Shown here: in pieces, positions 10,015 to 19,798 of the stretch
Position numbering within the stretch: position 1 is the stretch's first letter
Layout of the letters: each line of letters begins with the position of its first letter
Assembly (NCBI GenBank): GCA_963799485.1
Contig: CAWCXJ010000006.1
Coordinates: forward strand, 224,001 to 288,000
From: an uncultured Trueperaceae bacterium
GTDB lineage: Bacteria > Deinococcota > Deinococci > Deinococcales > Trueperaceae
Direction of reading: 5' to 3'
Length of the DNA: 64,000 nt
The notes under the pieces: model-generated
What the model saw: only the letters and a program-made list of their open reading frames with translations
What the model was told of the DNA's origin: nothing
Database searches by the model: none
Program-made: the position numbers and the translations under genes

Positions 10015-10347
10015 TCAACCCGCTCGAGCCTCGCTTTCTTGAACCGAGATGTAAACACGGTCGCCGCGAAGTTCGACGCCGTAAAGCCGAAGCTTTTTGA
10101 TCGCCGGAATCGTCCCCTTACCCGTTTTTAGGTCGAACTTCGCGCCGTGCCACTCGCACTTGACTGCGCCGTCTAGCAGCTCGCCGGTATGAAGCGGGTA
10201 CTCGCGGTGCGTGCAGCGGTCGGCGAGAGCGTAAAACTGCCCGTTTTGGTGAATCAACAAGACGGCTTCACCGGCGACCTCGAGTGCGTGCATCGTATCT
10301 TCGGGGAAATTAGAAACAGCGCCGACATCGACAAAGGTTTCAGTCAT
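10015..10347 (-). CDS. Rieske 2Fe-2S ferredoxin (suf-associated)
   Basis: CTH...CEWHGAKFD Rieske motifs. Confidence 0.9.
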   Translation of the reverse strand: MTETFVDVGAVSNFPEDTMHALEVAGEAVLLIHQNGQFYALADRCTHREYPLHTGELLDGAVKCEWHGAKFDLKTGKGTIPAIKKLRLYGVELRGDRVYISVQESEARAG

Positions 10348-10350
10348 GAT

Positions 10351-10420
10351 AGCAATGAGTGCTGGGCAATGAGCCGCGAGTAGCAGTCTTCCCCTCGTTG
10401 CCCACTGCTCGTTGCTCGTT
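10351..10420. repeat. Heptamer-based palindromic intergenic repeat, copy 1
   Basis: agcaat gagtgct gggcaat gagccgc gag followed by the inverted array ctcgttgcccactgctcgttgctc. Confidence 0.7.
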
Positions 10421-10425
10421 CCTCC

Positions 10426-11739
10426 TTAAAGCTTTTCATCGACACCCGGAACGCCGAGTTTGGCCTGAACGATGCGTTCGACGTATTCGGCCACCTTGGG
10501 CAGCGTCACGCGGCTCGTAACCTCGTGCAAAAACCCGGTCACGAGGACGTGTTCGGCGACTTCCGGGGCGAGACCCCTCGAGGTCAGGTAAAAGCGCTGA
10601 TCTTCGGGAACCGGTGAGGTCGTCGAACCGTGCGAGCATCTTACGTCGTTCGCGCCGATTTCCAGCTGTGGAATACTTACGGCGTCCGAATCCGAATCGA
10701 GAAGCAAGTTACGGTTTGTCTGGTAGGCGTCGGTCTTTTGTGCGCCCTCATCGACCCGGATGAGGCCCGAATAGACTGCCCTCGAGCCGTCACGCAGCGC
10801 GCCCTTAAAGAGCAGGTCACTGTGGGCGTGGTCGGCGGCGTGGTGCTGCAAGGTGTACTGGTTATAGTGCTGCTTTTTGTCGGCGAAGTAAAGACCCAGC
10901 ATTTCGGACTCCGCGCCGGGGCCGGCCAGCTCGCACTCGACCTCGGCGCGGGCAGCGTCGGCACCTAAAGAGACGGTGAGGGACTCGAGCCGGCTGCTAC
11001 GCTCGAGTCTCGCTTTAATCCGGTTGATCTGCGCGACCGTCCGGCTCCAGTTTTGCAGCGACACGTAGCGCAAGTTGGCCCCGTCGCCCAGGATGATTTC
11101 AACCGAACCTGTGCTGAAAAGACGCTCTCCGAACTCTTCCGAGGAATACTCGTCGATAAAGGTCGCTTTGGCGTTGGCCTCGAGCACAATCAGCGTGCGC
11201 GGCGCACTGAGGCCGCCCGCATCCGCCGAATAAAACGCGCCCAAGGGCAGCTCGACCTCGGTGTTCTTAGGAACGTACAAAAATGTCCCGTTTTGCCACA
11301 AGGCCGCGTTGAGCGCCGTGTATTTGGACTGCGTAGCGTTGACGACGCTGTAGAGATGCTTTCTGACAAGCGCTTCGTGCTCTGCCAGCGCGGTGCGGAG
11401 GTCGGTGAAAACGACGCCCGTCTCGCTGATTTTCGAGTCGCGGTAGACGACCTCGCCACCCTTGTAGACCAAGACGCCCTCGGCGTCGGAGTCTGCGATG
11501 CGGGTTTCGATGCGTGTGGAAACGCTCTTGTCGGTCGGCGCAGAAACGAGTTCCAAACCGTTCAGTGCAAACCGTTTTAGGTCGGTATAACGCCAGTTTT
11601 CGTCGCGGTTAGTCGGAAAAGGCGTCGCTTCAAAGCTTCTCAGAGCGGCGCGGCGTTCGTCGGCGAGCCATACGGGTTCGTTGTAGCGTTCGCTGATTCC
11701 CTCGACGATTTGGGGGGAGATGGTTTCGGTCAGGCTCAT
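10426..11739 (-). CDS. sufD: Fe-S cluster assembly protein SufD
   Basis: ENWRYTDL, PQLEIGANDVRCSHG and FYLTSRGL motifs; operon context. Confidence 0.93.
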   Translation of the reverse strand: MSLTETISPQIVEGISERYNEPVWLADERRAALRSFEATPFPTNRDENWRYTDLKRFALNGLELVSAPTDKSVSTRIETRIADSDAEGVLVYKGGEVVYRDSKISETGVVFTDLRTALAEHEALVRKHLYSVVNATQSKYTALNAALWQNGTFLYVPKNTEVELPLGAFYSADAGGLSAPRTLIVLEANAKATFIDEYSSEEFGERLFSTGSVEIILGDGANLRYVSLQNWSRTVAQINRIKARLERSSRLESLTVSLGADAARAEVECELAGPGAESEMLGLYFADKKQHYNQYTLQHHAADHAHSDLLFKGALRDGSRAVYSGLIRVDEGAQKTDAYQTNRNLLLDSDSDAVSIPQLEIGANDVRCSHGSTTSPVPEDQRFYLTSRGLAPEVAEHVLVTGFLHEVTSRVTLPKVAEYVERIVQAKLGVPGVDEKL

Positions 11740-11762
11740 AAAATCCTTTCTTACCGGGTTTC

Positions 11763-12204
11763 TTATAGTAGAGCTTGGAGGCGGGTGGCGAGGTTGTTGC
11801 GGGTTTCTAAAGGAACAATCTTAGTTTCGGGAACGCCTAGATAGTCGAAAATTCGTCTACCCCTTTTTGTCTTTCGGCAGGTCAACCATTCTCGGGACGA
11901 CGTGAAAATGTAGGTGAGGGTGTTCGGGATGTTCGGCAAACAAAACTATGTATGTTTTAACTGCTCCCGTAATCTCTTGCAGCGCCTTGGAAGTCCGGTG
12001 TAACAGCGGCCCGATGCTTGCAGCTTCGGTCTCCATCAGTTCGGCAAAACTTGCGACATGCCTCATTGAAGCAATGACCAACCAGCCTGGTAGTGAGGTA
12101 TTAAACGCGTGAGCTACGCGCCAGTATTCGTCTTCGTAAATACGTTCACAAAGCGGCCCTTGCTGTCGGATGGCGGTGAGGTGGCAGGTCATGCAAGCTT
12201 CCAT
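11763..12204 (-). pseudogene. HIT family hydrolase, frameshifted near the 3' end (or sequencing error)
   Basis: CxxC N-terminus and HLHFHVVPR triad. The ORF stops at 11857, but the +1 frame continues GRRIFDYLGVPETKIVPLETRNNLATRLQALL to a stop at 11763. Confidence 0.75.
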
Positions 12205-12212
12205 AAAGATGT

Positions 12213-12467
12213 TTACCTGTAGGCTTCCCGGCGGTGCGCGACCCGAAAAATCGTGATGACGTTCTCTGTCTTATCAACCTCGAAGACGATGCGGTAGTTG
12301 CCCACTCGTACGCGTCTAGCCGTTTCTCCTTTAAGCTGAACCGAACCATGCCTAAAAGGGTCGGTTTGCAAAGCTTCGACAGCCGTGAGAATACGAGGCT
12401 GAACGGTTGTGTCGAGGGCAGAAAGCTCTTTCGCCGCTTTCGGATGAAAGCGCAGCTTGTAATTCAC
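12213..12467 (-). CDS. RelE/ParE family toxin
   Basis: YKLRFHPKAAKEL...RRVRVGNYRIVFEVD...RVAHRREAYR. Confidence 0.9.
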   Translation of the reverse strand: MNYKLRFHPKAAKELSALDTTVQPRILTAVEALQTDPFRHGSVQLKGETARRVRVGNYRIVFEVDKTENVITIFRVAHRREAYR

Positions 12468-12673
12468 AGGCCAAGGCGCGCTTTCATCTCCTCGAGCGAC
12501 ACATACTCTTCCGGCTCTTTGCGCCGTTGCCGAACCAGTTCAGCGTCTTGGAGGTCGAGAAGCTGGTCAACAAGTTCTTCGTACTCTTCAACGGTTAAAA
12601 GCACATGGGTGCGCTTCCCATCAGCATCGATAAGGTACTGATGGGTGTCGGGAGTCTCAAGCGTATCTGCCAC
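12464..12673 (-). CDS. Putative antitoxin for the RelE toxin
   Basis: Small acidic protein (YLIDADGKRTHVLLTVEEYEEL...VSLEEMKARLGL) overlapping the toxin start by 4 nt; start GTG 12673 inferred. Confidence 0.8.
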   Translation of the reverse strand: MADTLETPDTHQYLIDADGKRTHVLLTVEEYEELVDQLLDLQDAELVRQRRKEPEEYVSLEEMKARLGL

Positions 12674-12686
12674 AAGCGTAAGCCGG

Positions 12687-14105
12687 TTAGCCGACCGAGC
12701 CTTCCATCTCGAGTTCAATCAGACGGTTGAGTTCGACGGCGTACTCCAAGGGCAGCTCCTTCGCCACCGGCTCCAAAAAGCCGCGAACGATTAAGGCAGC
12801 GGCTTCGGCTGCTTCCAGTCCACGCGACTGCAGATAAAAAATCTGCTCGTCGTTGAGTTTCGACACCGACGCCTCGTGACCGACGTGTGCGGTTTTTTCG
12901 TTGATCTGGATGTACGGGTAGGTGTCGGTCTTGGCGGTGTCGTCTAGCAGCAGCGCGTCACACTCGACGTTGCTGCGGGCACCCGTCGCCCCCTCGTAGA
13001 TTTCAACCAGACCCCGGTACGAACTGCGTCCGCCGTCTTTGGAAATCGACTTCGACACGACGCTGCTGCTCGTGCGCGGCGCGGCGTGAACCATCTTCGC
13101 GCCCGCATCTTGGTGCTGCCCTTTGCCGGCAAAGGCGATGGATAAGACCTCACCACGTGCGCCCTCTTCCATCAGGTAGCAAGAAGGGTACTTCATCGTG
13201 ACTTTCGAGCCGAGGTTGCCGTCCAACCAGCCCATCGAGGCGTTTTTGTAGACCAGTGCCCGCTGCGTGACGAGGTTGTAGACGTTGTGCGACCAGTTCT
13301 GAATCGTCGAGTAGCGCACCTGCGAACGCTCCTTGCAGATAATTTCAATCACGCCCGAATGAAACGAGTCCGAGTTGTAGGTCGGGGCGGTGCAGCCCTC
13401 GATGTAGTGAAACTTCGAGCCCTCTTCACCGATAATCAGGGTGCGCTCGAACTGCCCCATGCTCTGCGCGTTGATTAAAAAGTACGCTTGCAGCGGCACC
13501 TCGACCTCGACGCCCGCTGGCACGTAAACGAATGACCCGCCCGACCACGCGGCAGAGTTTACGGCGGCGAAGTAGTTGTCTTCGGGCGGCACGACGGTGG
13601 CAAAGTGTTCCTTAAAGAGTTCCGGGTACTTTTGCACCGCCGAGTCCGTATCGGCGAAGATGACGCCTTTTTTCTCCCACTCTTCTTTAAGCGAGTGGTA
13701 GACCATCTCGGATTCGTACTGTGCGCCGACGCCCGCCAAGGCTTTTTGCTCCGCTTCGGGGATGCCGAGCCGACGGTAGGTTTCGCGCACCTCTTCGGGT
13801 ACGTCGTCCCACGAGTTGGTGCCGGCTTTATCCTGCGGGCGGATATAGAAATAGATGTCGTCGAAGTTCAGGTGGCTCAAGTCCGGCCCCCACTTGGGGC
13901 GGCCTTTTTTCTCGGCAATCTCGAGCGCTTTTAATCTAAACTCGAGCATCCATTCGGGTTCGTTCTTGTGATAAGAAATCTGCTCGATGACGCGGCGGTT
14001 CAAGCCTTTTTCAGAGCGGAAAAAGTACTCTTCGGGCAGGCTGAACTCGTACTGCCGTTCGTGCTGCATTCCTTGCAAGTTGGTTCCGGGAATAATCTCA
14101 GACAT
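12687..14105 (-). CDS. sufB: Fe-S cluster assembly protein SufB
   Basis: [50 protein letters not shown]. Confidence 0.97.
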   Translation of the reverse strand: MSEIIPGTNLQGMQHERQYEFSLPEEYFFRSEKGLNRRVIEQISYHKNEPEWMLEFRLKALEIAEKKGRPKWGPDLSHLNFDDIYFYIRPQDKAGTNSWDDVPEEVRETYRRLGIPEAEQKALAGVGAQYESEMVYHSLKEEWEKKGVIFADTDSAVQKYPELFKEHFATVVPPEDNYFAAVNSAAWSGGSFVYVPAGVEVEVPLQAYFLINAQSMGQFERTLIIGEEGSKFHYIEGCTAPTYNSDSFHSGVIEIICKERSQVRYSTIQNWSHNVYNLVTQRALVYKNASMGWLDGNLGSKVTMKYPSCYLMEEGARGEVLSIAFAGKGQHQDAGAKMVHAAPRTSSSVVSKSISKDGGRSSYRGLVEIYEGATGARSNVECDALLLDDTAKTDTYPYIQINEKTAHVGHEASVSKLNDEQIFYLQSRGLEAAEAAALIVRGFLEPVAKELPLEYAVELNRLIELEMEGSVG

Positions 14106-14181
14106 GGTGTCTCCCTCTGTGCTCTTAGTGCTTCGCTTCGGGTACTGCTTTCAGGTACTGCCAACTAGGTAAACAGGCGGT

Positions 14182-14943
14182 TTATGCGCCGACGGTTTCC
14201 TGCTCTTGCCGGAGCCAGTCGTAACCGCGCTGATCGAGTTCCATCGCCAGCTCTTTCGGGCCTTCCTTGATGATTTGACCCTTGTACATCACGTGAACCT
14301 TGTCGGGAACGATGTAGTTCAGAAGCCTTTGATAGTGCGTGATGACGAGTGCGCCGAACTCGGGGCCACGCGCGGCGTTGACGCCTTTGGAGACGACCTT
14401 GAGCGCGTCTACGTCCAAACCCGAATCGGTTTCGTCCAACATGGCGTATTTGGGCTCGAGTACCAGCAGCTGCAACACTTCGCTGCGCTTTTTCTCGCCG
14501 CCCGAAAAGCCTTCGTTTAAGTAGCGCTCCAAGATGTTTTCGTCCCAGTTGAGTTCTTTTACGGCTTTTTGTACCTTGTTGTAAAAGTCCATCACGCCGA
14601 TTTCGTCGTCTTCGCCCCGGCGGGCGTTAAGGGCCAGACGCAAAAAGTTCGCCATCGACACGCCCGGTACCTCGACCGGATACTGAAATGCCAGGTAGAG
14701 CCCCGCGCGGGCACGTTCGTCGGGTTCCAGCGCGAGGACGCTCTCGCCGTCGACCAAGACGTCGCCTGCGGTGACTTCGTAGACCGGGTCGCCGGCAATG
14801 ACTTTCGAGAGGGTGGATTTGCCTGAGCCGTTCGGCCCCATGAGCGCGTGAACCTCGCCTTTGGGGACGACTAAATCGACGCCGCGCAAGATAGGGTCGC
14901 CGTTGATGGTGGCGTGAAGATTACGAATTTCCAGTTGGTTCAT
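14182..14943 (-). CDS. sufC: Fe-S cluster assembly ATPase SufC
   Basis: GPNGSGKST, FSGGEKKR, LDETDSGLDVD, ITHYQRLL. Confidence 0.97.
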   Translation of the reverse strand: MNQLEIRNLHATINGDPILRGVDLVVPKGEVHALMGPNGSGKSTLSKVIAGDPVYEVTAGDVLVDGESVLALEPDERARAGLYLAFQYPVEVPGVSMANFLRLALNARRGEDDEIGVMDFYNKVQKAVKELNWDENILERYLNEGFSGGEKKRSEVLQLLVLEPKYAMLDETDSGLDVDALKVVSKGVNAARGPEFGALVITHYQRLLNYIVPDKVHVMYKGQIIKEGPKELAMELDQRGYDWLRQEQETVGA

Positions 14944-15093
14944 CTTGACCTCGCTTCGTTTGACGGGATAAGGGACGGATTAGGATGCTCGAGCCCATTT
15001 TTAGGACTCATTCCGAATTAAGTATACACCGCCCGCCCATACGTGCCTAGTGTGCGGTTCGACAATCTATAGTAGCGCAGTAGGGATTAGGAA

Positions 15094-15157
15094 GAGCAGC
15101 CGTGAGCCGCGAGTACCGAGCAATGAGCAAAAGCTCAACCACCCATGGCTCATCACT
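15094..15157. repeat. Heptamer-based palindromic intergenic repeat, copy 2
   Basis: gagccgc gagtacc gagcaat gagcaaa followed by a degenerate inverted array. Confidence 0.7.
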
Positions 15158-15174
15158 TTTTACTTGTGGCAGCT

Positions 15175-16098
15175 CTAGTTCAGCTCTGCGAGCCTTTGCG
15201 CCAAGCGCATCCGCCGGCGCGCCAGCTCGTTGGGGAGGATTGTAAGCGCCTCTGCGTAGGCCAGCAGGTCGTGGTGCAGGCGGTAAAACGCCAGCCGCTG
15301 TTTCTCCCAGGAAGAGAGTGCGCCGTAACCCGCCATAAACTCACTTTGGCAACCGTAAGCCTCGAGGCTCCCCGTCAGGGCGGCGAGGTCGGTCATCGGG
15401 TCGCTGCGGCGGGCGTCGCCGAAGTCGAGCGCCGCCACGACGCCTGCACGCGCCGGGTCGTAAAGAAATGCATTTAAGCCGGGACGACCGTGCGTGAGGG
15501 CAATGGGCGCGTCTTGGAGGAGCGTTCGGCCGCGCCGAAGCGCTGCAATGAGTTTGGGCATATCGAGCATGTGGTCTTTGGCGGCGAGTCGCAGCGGTGT
15601 CCGCCAGAGCGCCGCAAAATCTTCCTCCAGACGCACGCCTGCGGCCTCCGGATAGGCGAGGTCGCCGGCTAACTCGAACCGGGTACGGTGCAAAAAGCGC
15701 ACGGCAGCGCCCCAGGCTACGGCTGTGTGCTCTTTGGCAAACCCGTCTTGAAGCCAGACATCGCCCAGCGTCGGGACGCTTAGGTATTCGGTCACGAGGT
15801 AAGGGTACTCGAGCCTCGTCAAGCTCACATCGGCGCGTACCAGCGGCGTGCTAAAGCCGCCTAGGAGCTCTATCGCCGCGGCGCAGCGGGCGACTCTGGG
15901 TTCGTCCGGCGCACGCTGGTTGATCCATAAAACCTGTTCTGCGTCACCCCCGAGCTGCACGTAGTAGGCGGCGTCGAGCGGTTCGGCGGCGAGGCGGCGC
16001 CACGAACGTACCGGCGCGCCAAAAACACGCCTAAGCCGTTCCGGTACGCCGGCTGAGGATGTCACATTTCGGCTGTTATGCGTTGCCAGCTGTGTCAT
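15175..16098 (-). CDS. Aminoglycoside phosphotransferase (APH)/choline kinase-like protein
   Basis: YLVTEYL hinge, LTHGRPGLNAFL (degenerate catalytic loop) and LDFGDA..DPMTDLA. Confidence 0.8.
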   Translation of the reverse strand: MTQLATHNSRNVTSSAGVPERLRRVFGAPVRSWRRLAAEPLDAAYYVQLGGDAEQVLWINQRAPDEPRVARCAAAIELLGGFSTPLVRADVSLTRLEYPYLVTEYLSVPTLGDVWLQDGFAKEHTAVAWGAAVRFLHRTRFELAGDLAYPEAAGVRLEEDFAALWRTPLRLAAKDHMLDMPKLIAALRRGRTLLQDAPIALTHGRPGLNAFLYDPARAGVVAALDFGDARRSDPMTDLAALTGSLEAYGCQSEFMAGYGALSSWEKQRLAFYRLHHDLLAYAEALTILPNELARRRMRLAQRLAELN

Positions 16099-16424
16099 TC
16101 GTCACGCCGCCCTTTCTTTACGCAGAGATAGCATACCTTATAAGCTTAATCTTCCGTTAATCTTGACGTCCGTCCGGAATGCAATGTGTAGTCGCTTACA
16201 AACCGGTCAATTGGCTAGGTCGATCAGCCGGTTGGCTTTACTCGGGTGCTGTCCGGCTCCTTTTGCCCTGTTCTGCTAACGACAGCCTTCTCCCAAAAGC
16301 TTACTTTGGTCACACGCTCAGCGGGTGTAATTTCAGTGAGTGACTGCTTTTTGCTCCCATTTTCGCTTCAACGCCCACGACATAATCCTGGATGCGTCGG
16401 GCCGGATACGTTAGGCTCGAGGGT

Positions 16425-17672
16425 ATGAACATCTTTCAAGGCACTGCGCTTTTGCTGAGTTTGACGGCGCTTTTTTCGTACCTCAACGCGCGTTTTCTCA
16501 AACTCAATCCGGCGGTCGGTAGCTTGCTGGTCGCGCTCGTGTTGTCGCTCGGGTTGATCGTATTCGGAAATGCAGGGTTTATCGGTAACGCCGAAGGGTT
16601 TTTAGACAGTCTCAACTTCGACGACCTGGTGCTTCAGGGGCTCCTGAGTTTTTTGCTCTTCGCAGGTGCGCTTGGCGTCGATTTAGACCGGCTGAACCGC
16701 CTCAAGTGGCCTGTGCTGACACTTGCTACCGTCGGGGTGGCGGTTTCGACGCTGGTGGTCGGTAGTGCGATGTTCTTTGCGCTCGAGCTGCTGGGTTTTT
16801 CCGTGTCGTACCCCTACGCGCTCCTTTTCGGCGCACTTATCTCACCGACCGACCCGATTGCGGTGATCTCGATCTTAAAGCGGGCGGGCGTGCCGGAAAC
16901 GACGGAAACGCTGATCACCGGCGAATCGCTCTTTAACGACGGTGTAGGCGTGGTCGTTTTTAGCGTGCTGCTGGGCAGCGTCGCTGCGGGTGAACATGGC
17001 GGCGGCGGGCTGAGCGGCGGACTTATCCTTTTCGTTCAGGAAGCGGTCGGGGGCGTAGTCTTTGGAGGCGTGCTGGGGATTATCGCCTTTCGTCTCCTCA
17101 AAAGCATCGACGACTACGCCGCTGAGGTTTTGATTACCCTGGCCGTCGTAACGGGCGGCTACGCGCTGGCGCAAGCGCTGCGCACCTCCGGCCCGCTGGC
17201 GGTCGTGGTTGCAGGTCTCTTGATCGGCAACCGGGGCCGGTTACTTGCGATGTCGGACACGACGCGCACACACCTCGATACCTTTTGGGCCGTGATCGAC
17301 GAGATTTTGAACGCGGTGTTGTTTGTGCTGATCGGGCTCGAGCTACTCGTGCTGGACTTTACCCCGCGCTACCTCTGGGCGATTCTGGTTGCCATCCCGG
17401 TCGTACTCGGCGCACGCTTGTTAAGCGTCAGCGTCCCTATCAACCTGTTTCGGCTGCGCCGGACATTTCAGCCCTATACGGTGCGGCTGATGGTCTGGGG
17501 CGGTCTCCGGGGCGGAATCTCGGTGGCGCTGGCGCTCTCGCTCCCGGCGAGTTCTGAGCGCGACCTGCTGATCGCGCTGACCTACGGGGTCGTGGTCTTT
17601 GCGGTGTTGGTGCAGGGGCTTACGGTAGGCCGGATTGCAGGGCGGGCCACCAGCGTCGTCGAGTCTAAGTGA
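16425..17672 (+). CDS. CPA1 family Na+/H+ antiporter (NhaP-like)
   Basis: Multiple TM helices; LISPTDPIAV, GESLFNDG and WGGLRGGISVALAL motifs. Confidence 0.92.
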   Translation: MNIFQGTALLLSLTALFSYLNARFLKLNPAVGSLLVALVLSLGLIVFGNAGFIGNAEGFLDSLNFDDLVLQGLLSFLLFAGALGVDLDRLNRLKWPVLTLATVGVAVSTLVVGSAMFFALELLGFSVSYPYALLFGALISPTDPIAVISILKRAGVPETTETLITGESLFNDGVGVVVFSVLLGSVAAGEHGGGGLSGGLILFVQEAVGGVVFGGVLGIIAFRLLKSIDDYAAEVLITLAVVTGGYALAQALRTSGPLAVVVAGLLIGNRGRLLAMSDTTRTHLDTFWAVIDEILNAVLFVLIGLELLVLDFTPRYLWAILVAIPVVLGARLLSVSVPINLFRLRRTFQPYTVRLMVWGGLRGGISVALALSLPASSERDLLIALTYGVVVFAVLVQGLTVGRIAGRATSVVESK

Positions 17673-17718
17673 GGCTGACTTATAGTTATACGTAAGCTTT
17701 GGCTGCTAACTTATAACA

Positions 17719-18162
17719 TTACGAATCAGCTTTTTCCAGGCGCGCCGCTAAAAACCTGATGGCTGCGCCGTAGCCGGCGAAGCCGAGCCCGGTAATGGTT
17801 CCGACGCAGACCGCTGAGAGGTAAGAATGATGCCGAAAGCTTTCGCGAGCGTAAACGTTTGAAATATGCACTTCGACTGCCGGGAGCGCCACGCCTGCAA
17901 CCGCGTCGCGTAAAGCGACCGAGGTATGGGTAAACGCGCCGAGGTTCAGCACCAGCCCGGCCACACCTTCAGTAGCGGCTCCGTGCAACCAGTCGAGCAG
18001 GACGCCTTCGTGGTTGCTCTGACGACAAATAACCTGTACTTCGGCCTCTTCGCCCCAACTTTTGCACCGAGCCTCGAGGTCGGCGAGCGTGGCGCGCCCG
18101 TAAACATCGGGTTCCCGCTTTCCCAGCAAGTTCAGGTTGGGGCCGTTCAAAACTAAAATCAT
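17719..18162 (-). CDS. aroQ: Type II 3-dehydroquinate dehydratase
   Basis: [45 protein letters not shown]; has its own ATG at 18162. Confidence 0.93.
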   Translation of the reverse strand: MILVLNGPNLNLLGKREPDVYGRATLADLEARCKSWGEEAEVQVICRQSNHEGVLLDWLHGAATEGVAGLVLNLGAFTHTSVALRDAVAGVALPAVEVHISNVYARESFRHHSYLSAVCVGTITGLGFAGYGAAIRFLAARLEKADS

Positions 18163-19227
18163 ACGGAGTCTTTTACAGCGGCTTGCAGATACGCCCAGGC
18201 GTCTTGCAGTTCGCTTTCCTGTACGTCGTCGGCAATGAACGGGCTCACCGATGCGTTTTAGCAGCACCCAGCGCTGTTTTACGCCGTGTTTTTTGTCCCT
18301 GGCGATAAAGGGTAGCAAGGGCTCGAGTGTAATTTCAGGCAGGGGAGACGGCTTAACCCAGTCTACAAACGCCCGTACCCGTTCGGTCTCGTCGGCGTAG
18401 CCCCTGGCTGCCGCGAGTTTTACGGCGAACATCAGGCCGTACGTTACGGCGTCACCGTGAGAGAGCCGGTGGTGGGTGTGAGCCTCGAGCGCGTGCGCCA
18501 ACGTATGCCCCAGATTGAGATACGCCCTTGGGCCGCCTTCACGTTCATCTTGGGCTACAATGTCAGCCTTGACTTTTACGGAACGCGCAACCGTCGCCGC
18601 TAAAAAGTCAGGTGGCCCGTCCCGGCGAAAGCGGGCGTCGGCTACGTCGTCCAAAAGCTGCGGGTCAGCCAGCAACCCGTGCTTGAACAGCTCGACCGCG
18701 CCGCCGCGAAACTCGCGTTCGGGCAGCGTTGCGAGGGTTGAAACGTCCATCAAAACGGTTTTGGGTTGCCAAAATGCCCCGACCAGATTTTTACCTTCGG
18801 GTAAGTTGACGCCGGTTTTACCGCCGACAGCGGCGTCAACCATCCCTAGTAGCGTCGTAGACAGGGTGTAAAAAGCGATTCCGCGCATGTACGACGCGGC
18901 GACGAATCCGGCTAGGTCGCTCACGACCCCGCCGCCTAAAGCAACCACTGCGCCCTGCCGGGTAAAGCCGTCCGCTGCAAGTCGCCGTAAAAGTGTCTCT
19001 AAAGCCGTGAGTGATTTGCTGTCCTCGCTGGCGGGAACCGTGTAGCGAAAAACTTGACTGCCCGTAGCCGCGAGACTCCCCTGCACCGTGTCTGCGTAAA
19101 GTGGCGCAACCTCTTCGTCGCTGATAAGGGCAACTTTCGGGGCGCGGACGAACTCGCCGGTGCGGGCCAAAAGGCCGGCTTCGGCCCATACGTCGTACGG
19201 CGGCGTCAGGGCGACCGTAAGCTTCAT
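18159..19227 (-). CDS. aroB: 3-dehydroquinate synthase, with a frameshift near 18241-18243 that reads through into aroQ
   Basis: [39 protein letters not shown]. Removing one base restores ...[33 protein letters not shown], overlapping the aroQ ATG. Confidence 0.9.
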
Positions 19228-19787
19228 GCTCTCACCTCTTCGTTGTCTTCACGCCACGCCCACAGGCGTTCGACAATCTCTTCGACCACCTGGGCCGACT
19301 GCCGCCCGTCGGTCGAAACCTTGAGGCTCGCCGCCGCGTCGTAGGCCGGGGCGCGCGCTTCGGTAAGTTCGCGGATACGTTCGACCGGGTTGCCGATCTC
19401 AAGGAGGGGCCGCTTGTGTCGCCGCGTGCGTTTGTAGATTGTTTCGGGGCTGGCGACGAGGACGATAACCGGCCCCCGGCTGAGGAGCAGTTTACGGTTT
19501 TCAGAACGCATGACGGTGCCGCCGCCGGTGGAGATGACCACGTCCTCGAGCCGCAAAGACCGCCTTACGACTTCGCTCTCGTACTCCCGAAACACCGCCT
19601 CGCCGTAAAGTTCAAACAGGTCGGGAATCCGCAGGCACGACACGCGTTCGATCACCCGGTCGGTGTCGATAAAGTTGAGCCCGAGCCGCCGCGAAAGTTC
19701 CCAGCCGATGCGGCTTTTGCCGGTACCCATAAACCCGGCTAACGCAACCCAGGTGACGGGACGCTCGAGCCGGTAACGTCGGTTCAC
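19224..19787 (-). CDS. aroK: Shikimate kinase
   Basis: [23 protein letters not shown]. Confidence 0.93.
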   Translation of the reverse strand: MNRRYRLERPVTWVALAGFMGTGKSRIGWELSRRLGLNFIDTDRVIERVSCLRIPDLFELYGEAVFREYESEVVRRSLRLEDVVISTGGGTVMRSENRKLLLSRGPVIVLVASPETIYKRTRRHKRPLLEIGNPVERIRELTEARAPAYDAAASLKVSTDGRQSAQVVEEIVERLWAWREDNEEVRA

Positions 19788-19798
19788 CGCCCACGCCC

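Noticed and set aside
17680..17717. AT-rich TTATAGTTATACGTAA as a possible DdrO/RDRM box
   Set aside because: Spacing does not fit the 17-bp palindrome and it lies between convergent gene ends; more likely a weak hairpin
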